From: Eledone cirrhosa
Taxonomy: Eukaryota
Reading direction: 5' to 3'
Assembly (NCBI GenBank): GCA_964016885.1
Contig: CAXHJY010001504.1
Span: forward strand, 186,001 to 250,000
DNA: 64,000 nt
Both the position numbers and the translations under genes were made by a program. Below are positions 56,217-64,000 of this stretch, piece by piece (position 1 is the stretch's first letter; each line of letters begins with the position of its first letter). Below the pieces are notes generated by a model that was given only the letters and a program-made list of their open reading frames with translations, was not told the origin of the DNA and did not search any database.

Positions 56217-56793
56217 TTAACTCTTTTAATACAAAACCGCCTTTGATTCTAGTTTGGAAATCGCCTTTGATGCTAGTTTTGAGATCGCCTTTGATTCTAG
56301 TTTTATATGTTTATATTTAAAAACCTTGTATCATAATTTCATGATTTTTGTTAAGCCTCAAGCACCCGCTTAATAACAAGAAAGTTATTTTATTCAATAT
56401 GGTTTGAAAATAATCGGTAGTGTCATTTATTAAAAAATAGTTACGAAAGGGATAAAGTATTTATATTTATCTAAACATTTTCCATCATTCAAGAAACTCT
56501 GGAAGTTATCTTCCAAACACCAACTTAATAATGCAAAATTTAGTTATTTTATTTAATCTCTCAAAAATCTTGATTATTTTCAAAATGATTTGAAAACCAT
56601 AGGAATGTGTTTATATTATAAAAAACTCTACGAGCATAGGTTCATGAAAAAAAGTTGTTTTACAAATGCCAACTTTAATAATGAGAAAATTGGTTATATT
56701 ACTAAATATTTTTAAATTCTTGATTATTTTCAAAATTATTTGAAAACCATAGCCAGTGTTTTTCATTAGAAAAATGGTAAACAAATGGGTTAA
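56217..56793. mobile_element. piggyBac-like non-autonomous remnant(s)
   Basis: TTAA-CTCTTT start, ACGAAAGGG-ATAA (~56455) and AAATGGG-TTAA (56790-93) ends, and internal duplicated segments. Confidence 0.45.
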
Positions 56794-57013
56794 AACGCGA
56801 AACCATGAAATTTCCCAAAGTAGTATATTAAATTAAATCAATTACAAACAAGCGCTGAAGCTGAACCTAAAAAACATTTTGGCTTTGTGTCTATATCATA
56901 AATCATTTAAATCAGGTTGAATTTTGCTCCGCCTTAAAGTAACGGTCAAAATGGCGGATTCTAGACTGCCATTTTTTTCTTCATATTCTATCAATAAAAT
57001 TAGATAGCAATGT

Positions 57014-57143
<130 letters not shown>

Positions 57144-57909
57144 ACACACACATTCACATATACACACACACTCAAGAGAGAAACAAAAATTACCTGATAC
57201 ACAAACACATTTACTTCCAGACGCACAGTTGTCCATGCACATACACGGATACACAAACTAACATAACCCGAGAGAAAAAGCCCGATTCATACCCATACAC
57301 ACATACACGTTCACTTCCATACATACATAATACATACATTCATTCAATCATACATACACAATACATACATACGAACACATAAACGAAGATACACAAACAA
57401 AATAGACTGATAAACATACACATTAACTTCAAGATAAACACAGAATAGTACACATACACTTCCATAAACACACACACACACACACACATACATGTATATA
57501 TATATCCAGCCAGAGTCATAAATACACAGACACAGGCACACTTCCCCAAAATAGACACATACTGAAAGCAAAATACGCACATACACAAATAATATTACAC
57601 ACAGACACACACACACACAAACGTACACGTGCGATGTACTATCAATCAAATAGACGCGTTTGTTTGACATGTAGAGGTCATTTGTACCAAATATGAATCT
57701 GGAGGTGGAACATTTACCGGGCTATGAATAGATGAATAGATGAGTAGATATATAGATTGTTGACTAGATCGATAAATATAGTCTTTTATATATATATATA
57801 TATATAAAATATATATATATACATTTGTATATATATATAGAGAGAGATAGATAGAGAGATAGTGACATATGCAAAACACACGTGCACTTACACCCATGCA
57901 CACCCACAT

Positions 57910-57943
<34 letters not shown>

Positions 57944-58011
57944 TTGTATTCAGGCAGAGTGATATATATATATATAGGCATAATAACAAATCGTCCTTTT
58001 TATTATTATTA

Positions 58012-58195
58012 TGGCAGTATCGGTAGAGGGTCGGACGCCATGCTTTGACGCATAGAGTTACGGCCCTTGCCATTCTGAGTACAAATCCAGCCGAGGTTAA
58101 CTTTGCCTTTCATCCTTACGGGGTCGATAAAATAAAGTACTAGTGATGCACTGAGTATTTGCTGGCCTTGTGCCAAAAGTAGAAACAATTATTAT
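58012..58195 (+). mobile_element. Dominant SINE copy
   Basis: Near-consensus copy in (ATT)n. Confidence 0.85.
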
Positions 58196-58306
58196 TATAC
58201 ATACATATATATATATACATATATATATATTTGTGTGTGTGTGTGTGAAGATAGATACATAGATAGATGGACTCTTAAATGGATGCATACACACGCACGC
58301 ACATAT

Positions 58307-58372
<66 letters not shown>

Positions 58373-58742
58373 GTATATTTAAACCTGGTCGAACATTTAA
58401 CCAGACACGCAGAAAGACAGACAGACAAGCAGACAGACATATAGACAGGCAGACAGACAGACAGACAGACGGATGGAGAAGCAATTAGATAGAGAGCAAA
58501 GTGTGTGACAAACAGACAGGTTGACAGACAAATATAATAAAGAGGACCCCAGTGGTTACATACCACTCCTAAACATCAATGGAACTATATATGATAGAGA
58601 CCAACACTGGTTACAATGTTGATAGCACACTAATTAGGTAGCGCTAAACATGGAAGTATGTCTGTTTGTCCATGTATGTGTTCATATATATGTCCATGTG
58701 TGTATGTGTGTATGTCGAGTTATCTAAGCACTTCTGCATGTC

Positions 58743-58788
<46 letters not shown>

Positions 58789-58909
58789 GTCTATCGACTA
58801 ACTTTTTAAATTGCATTTGTGATAACATGTCACACGTTTTTATTGTATGTAAACTTCCCCCTTTGTATTTGTCCCCTTCTTTTGTGCCCCTGTGGCTAAT
58901 AAAGAAGCA

Positions 58910-58971
<62 letters not shown>

Positions 58972-59375
58972 ATGGCTATGGCGAAAGAGGTTATATGGTG
59001 GACGAGATTGAAAGGGCTGAGGTCAGACACCTTTCTCTCCGGCTAACAACTGGTTCTTTTTTTTTCAAATATCACTTTGGAAGAAGAATCAGGATGGAGA
59101 GAGAGGTGCTGTACCCCAGGATGGAGAGAGAGGTGCTGTACCCCAGGATGGAGAGAGAGGTGCTGTACCCCAGCAAGTTTTATGAAAGGTGGGTGAAAGT
59201 GGCGAGAATGGCCCGAGTGAATGGGCCTTCTCTCTATATCAGCCTGTAGGTTGAGGAAGGGAGCACTCGCTCTTCGTGCTCCTGAAGAGGAGTTTGCACA
59301 ATTTTTCGGGTGTGTGTGTGTAACTCCTGAGGATATCGATTGTTTGTATTTAATTGTTATTACCTGTTTACTCCA
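58972..59375 (+). mobile_element. L1/Tx1-like LINE ORF2 C-terminal remnant
   Basis: MAKEVIWWTRLKG..(stop, frameshift)..FKYHFGRRIRMEREVLYPSKFYERW. Internal 27-bp unit x3 (59090-59172). Confidence 0.65.
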
Positions 59376-59376
59376 T

Positions 59377-59412
<36 letters not shown>

Positions 59413-59432
59413 CATGTATATATATATATATT

Positions 59433-59507
<75 letters not shown>

Positions 59508-59539
59508 GGTATATTGTATCTATTATTCCTTTTTATAAT

Positions 59540-59594
<55 letters not shown>

Positions 59595-59668
59595 ATATAT
59601 ACACATATATATATATATACATTTATATATACATTTATATATATATGTATATATATATTCAATATATT

Positions 59669-59705
<37 letters not shown>

Positions 59706-59992
59706 GTATATATATATTCAATATATATATGTATATATATATATGCATATATATATGTGTATATATATATATGCATATATATATTCAATATATATCTATA
59801 TATATATTCAATATATATGTGTACATATATATATATATATATATGTAAATATATATATATATGTATATATATATATTTACATATATATATATACATATAG
59901 TACTTTGGTGCGTTATGGTCCACCTGGTTCCTTACCACATTTCCTTCGTTATATATATGTATATATATATATTTAATATATATGTATATATA

Positions 59993-60225
59993 TTACTCTT
60001 TTACCTGTTCCAACCATCCGGCTGAGGCCATGCTGGGGCACCGCCCTTGTTACTACACATTTTATCTCCAGCCTGTATTGGTTGGCCACTGGTGCAAGAG
60101 GGAGTTCGTTGCTGCTGCCGTTAGGTTTCTGTGGGCTCATCCGGGATCCTGGATAGCAAAGTGTCGAGATGTTTCTTGAAGACATCCACCTCCACACCAT
60201 GCAGATCTCTCAGATCCCTATATAT
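59993..60225 (-). mobile_element. CR1-group LINE 3' end
   Basis: [28 protein letters not shown] motif. The 3' tail ggaacaggtaaaagag also occurs at ~48295-48342. Confidence 0.7.
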
Positions 60226-60287
60226 CCACAGATATCCATAGATATATTCAATATACATGCAATATACATATATATATATATATATAT

Positions 60288-60339
<52 letters not shown>

Positions 60340-60698
60340 ATATATATGCAATACATATCAATATCTGCAATATATATATATATATATGCAATATATAAGC
60401 AATGTATATATATATATATATATATATATATGCAATATATAAGCAATATATATATATATATATATCCAATATATAAGCAATGTATATATATATATATATA
60501 TATGCAATAAATAAGCAATGTATATATATATATATGATATATATGTACATACATACATGTATATCCATAAATACATACATACATATATATATATTTATAT
60601 ATAAATACGTACATATATATATATTTCTATATAAATACGTACATATATATATATTTATATATAAATACGTACATATATATATATTTCTATATAAATAC

Positions 60699-60775
<77 letters not shown>

Positions 60776-61656
60776 CATATATATATAAATACATATATAT
60801 ATAAATACATATATATATAGCCTGCTTTTAAATTCCCTTTTGGCATATTTTAGCTGTGGGTCTTAGTTATCGTGTTGAGCTCTACTGATGATCGACTCCC
60901 ATCGTGACTAACCCCACTGAAAATTTCGTGAAATAGTCTTTTTAAGATTATATAGAGCATTTGTAGATTTTTCCAAATTGAAGTATAAGTATTTACCCTT
61001 AATTTTATTCTGAGTTAAGACTCTATTGTTTTTTCCCAGGATTACAGAAAATCTGTTGATAAAATTTTTATTTTTGAATTGAGATTGAATTATTTTCCCA
61101 TATCTTACGTTAAATATTTTCCATCTTGACGTAATAGTCACTTATATATTATGAATTACTGTTGGCTTCTTGCTCACATTAATTTCTCTATTTTCATTTA
61201 TATATATATATATACATAGACATATGTTTTTCATTTATACATTATATACGCCTCATATATGCACCTCCCTCCTCTCCCCCATGCTATATATTCTCTCTCT
61301 CTCTATCATGCGAAATGTCATTTTAAAATCGTTATTATTGTTAATTATCTAATTTCGTCAGAATTTGTGTGAATGTGTCTATATATTTGTGAGCGCATAT
61401 ATACACACACGCATACACACACATTTATATATACATATACATACATATATATATATATATGTACATATACATACACACATATCTATATATATATATAAAC
61501 ACACATATATATATATACATACATATATATATATATATACACATATACATATATACATATATACATATACATATATATATGTACATATATATATATATAC
61601 ATATACATACATCCATATATATATATATATATACATATATATGTGTACATATACAT

Positions 61657-61735
<79 letters not shown>

Positions 61736-62350
61736 TAGTAACAATAATAAATTCGAAGACTAAAATCCAAATATATATATATATACATATATATATATAT
61801 CTTATTAACAATTGCAATACAATGCTCCAGCTATTTTTCAATGTGTTTATAATAGATACAATATAAAATATACACATACAATATACAACAATATACAACG
61901 ACAAATAATATCTATAGCTATTATAAAATTAATGATGATCAAATCCTATTATAGTGTATAAATAAAGATTGTATTTTCTGTTGATAACTCCCCTTGGTAA
62001 TTAATATAATGATCTATTAAATTCATCCTGTCTGCATTAATGCTCCGTGAAAACGTTATATTAAATATAATATTGATATCGAAAATATATTGGTATCATT
62101 ATTATATCGTTTTCGATAATATCGTATAACAATAAGATAATTAATTTTTGTTTATTGATAATTTAACAAATTTTAATACCAGGCAGCATACGTTGTTTGT
62201 TGGTGTTAATGAATATAATGGAATATAATAGGTATTTCACGTTTTATTTCTGTACATATTGGATATTGTTTTTATCAATTCGTCAGTGCTTTATGCCATA
62301 TAGTGTATCATAAGCGGATAATGAGGATACGCCACACACACACATACACG

Positions 62351-62414
<64 letters not shown>

Positions 62415-62579
62415 TATTTACGTATATATATATATATGATATTATATATATGGATAATATATATATATATAATATTTATATATGATATATGATATATATT
62501 TATATATATATACACACATACGTATATATATATGATATTATATATATATGGATAATATATATATATATATTTATATATG

Positions 62580-62613
<34 letters not shown>

Positions 62614-62728
62614 ATATCTATATATTATATATATATATATATATTATATATATAATATCTATATATTATATATATATATATAATATATATATATATATAT
62701 AATATCTATATACCATATATATATATAT

Positions 62729-62917
62729 AATTGTTTCTACTTTAGGCACAAGGCCAGCAATTACCCAGTGCATTACTGGTACTTTATTTTATCGACCCCG
62801 TAAGGATGAAAGGCAAAGTCAACCTCGGCGGGATTTGAAATCAGACCGCAAAGGGACGTAACTATGCTGGAAAGCATGGCGTCCGACCCTCTACCGATAC
62901 TGCCAATCCACCGCCCT
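62729..62917 (-). mobile_element. Dominant SINE copy, full length
   Basis: Head to tail motifs on the minus strand. Confidence 0.85.
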
Positions 62918-63279
62918 CAAATATATATATAATATCTATATATCACATATATATATAATATTTATATTATATATATACATATAATATTTATATTATATAT
63001 ATGAATAATATATATATATGTATGATACATATATATATGTATAATATATATATATATGAATAATATATATTATACATATATGAATAATATATATGTATGA
63101 CATATATATATATATGTATAATATGTATATATATGTATAATATATATGTATATGACTACTTAGTAATATATAAGTTTATTTATTTTTGGTCTTACAACAC
63201 AGATATGATGTTTCAGCAAAGATATATTGTTTGTATATATATATAACTAGCCGAGAAATATAAATTCATAGACAGACTA

Positions 63280-63304
<25 letters not shown>

Positions 63305-63310
<6 letters not shown>

Positions 63311-63548
63311 ATTAAATAAATGGAAAACTATATTTATAAAACCATATCTATTTCATTATATATATTTCGGGGATATCATGTTAATATGATATCCCCGAAA
63401 TATATATAATGAAATAGATATGGTTTTATAAATATAGTTTTCCATTTATTTAATATTGTAAATATACTCCAAATATTTGTCGAGTGCTTTTATATCAGTT
63501 ATAAATATTTACTAGTTGTAACCCAACAATTTTAAATATAACTTTACA
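63305..63548 (+). mobile_element. Penelope-like fold-back tail (family F)
   Basis: Palindrome 63305-63460 centred on GGGGATATCAT-gttaat-ATGATATCCCC, followed by GAAATATATATA. Related copy at 10018-10225. Confidence 0.65.
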
Positions 63549-63740
63549 TATATATATATATATTTATATATATATATGTATGTATGAAGAAAGTAATTCC
63601 ATCGGAAAGCTCCAGGAAAAAATATATATAAAGATATATATAAAATAAATACCAGATAACACACAAGCATCTTCATTGTGTTAATTTAAACTAAATTTTA
63701 CAGTGCATACAGCATGGCCTTCTTAATACAACCGACTATT

Positions 63741-63804
<64 letters not shown>

Positions 63805-63813
63805 GGCGTGTGT

Positions 63814-63855
<42 letters not shown>

Positions 63856-64000
63856 TGTATGTGTGTGTGTGTATGTCTTCCAAGGTACAGTAAATAATGT
63901 ACTCAATACATAAGTAGAGTCTGACCGTCATTATATAATATAGAAATGGCTTCTACAGGACCAGAACTGTCTCATTCATATATATATATATAATTCTGTG

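Noticed and set aside
60884-60910. CTGATGA followed by a small hairpin (similar isolated cores at ~21780, ~61355 and ~62280)
   Set aside because: No correctly placed GAAA/NUH or stem I.

Overview
Eukaryotic, microsatellite-saturated genomic DNA. The SINE repertoire and (TA)n/(CA)n/(GA)n load are typical of an octopod cephalopod (inference from memory, not a search). The only host gene I can support is the terminal homeobox exon of an Hmx/NK5 (H6) gene on the minus strand (22137-22810). No upstream exon is visible in the following 41 kb. Nearly all other listed ORFs are microsatellite artefacts. The rest is transposon debris: about 20 tRNA-derived SINEs, 3' ends of RTE, RTEX, R4/Dong, CR1 and Tx1/L1 LINEs, Tc1/mariner, pogo and piggyBac-like elements, and minisatellites. 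The most notable hidden layer is at least seven families of short (TA)n-embedded, often palindromic elements carrying minimal type-I hammerhead ribozyme motifs, which suggests Penelope-like retroelement tails. These include complete cores, a U3:A8 core variant encoded on both strands of a 300-bp palindrome, and four families whose inversion axis falls on ribozyme stem II. All motifs were found by eye, ribozyme activity is predicted only, and repeat boundaries are approximate.
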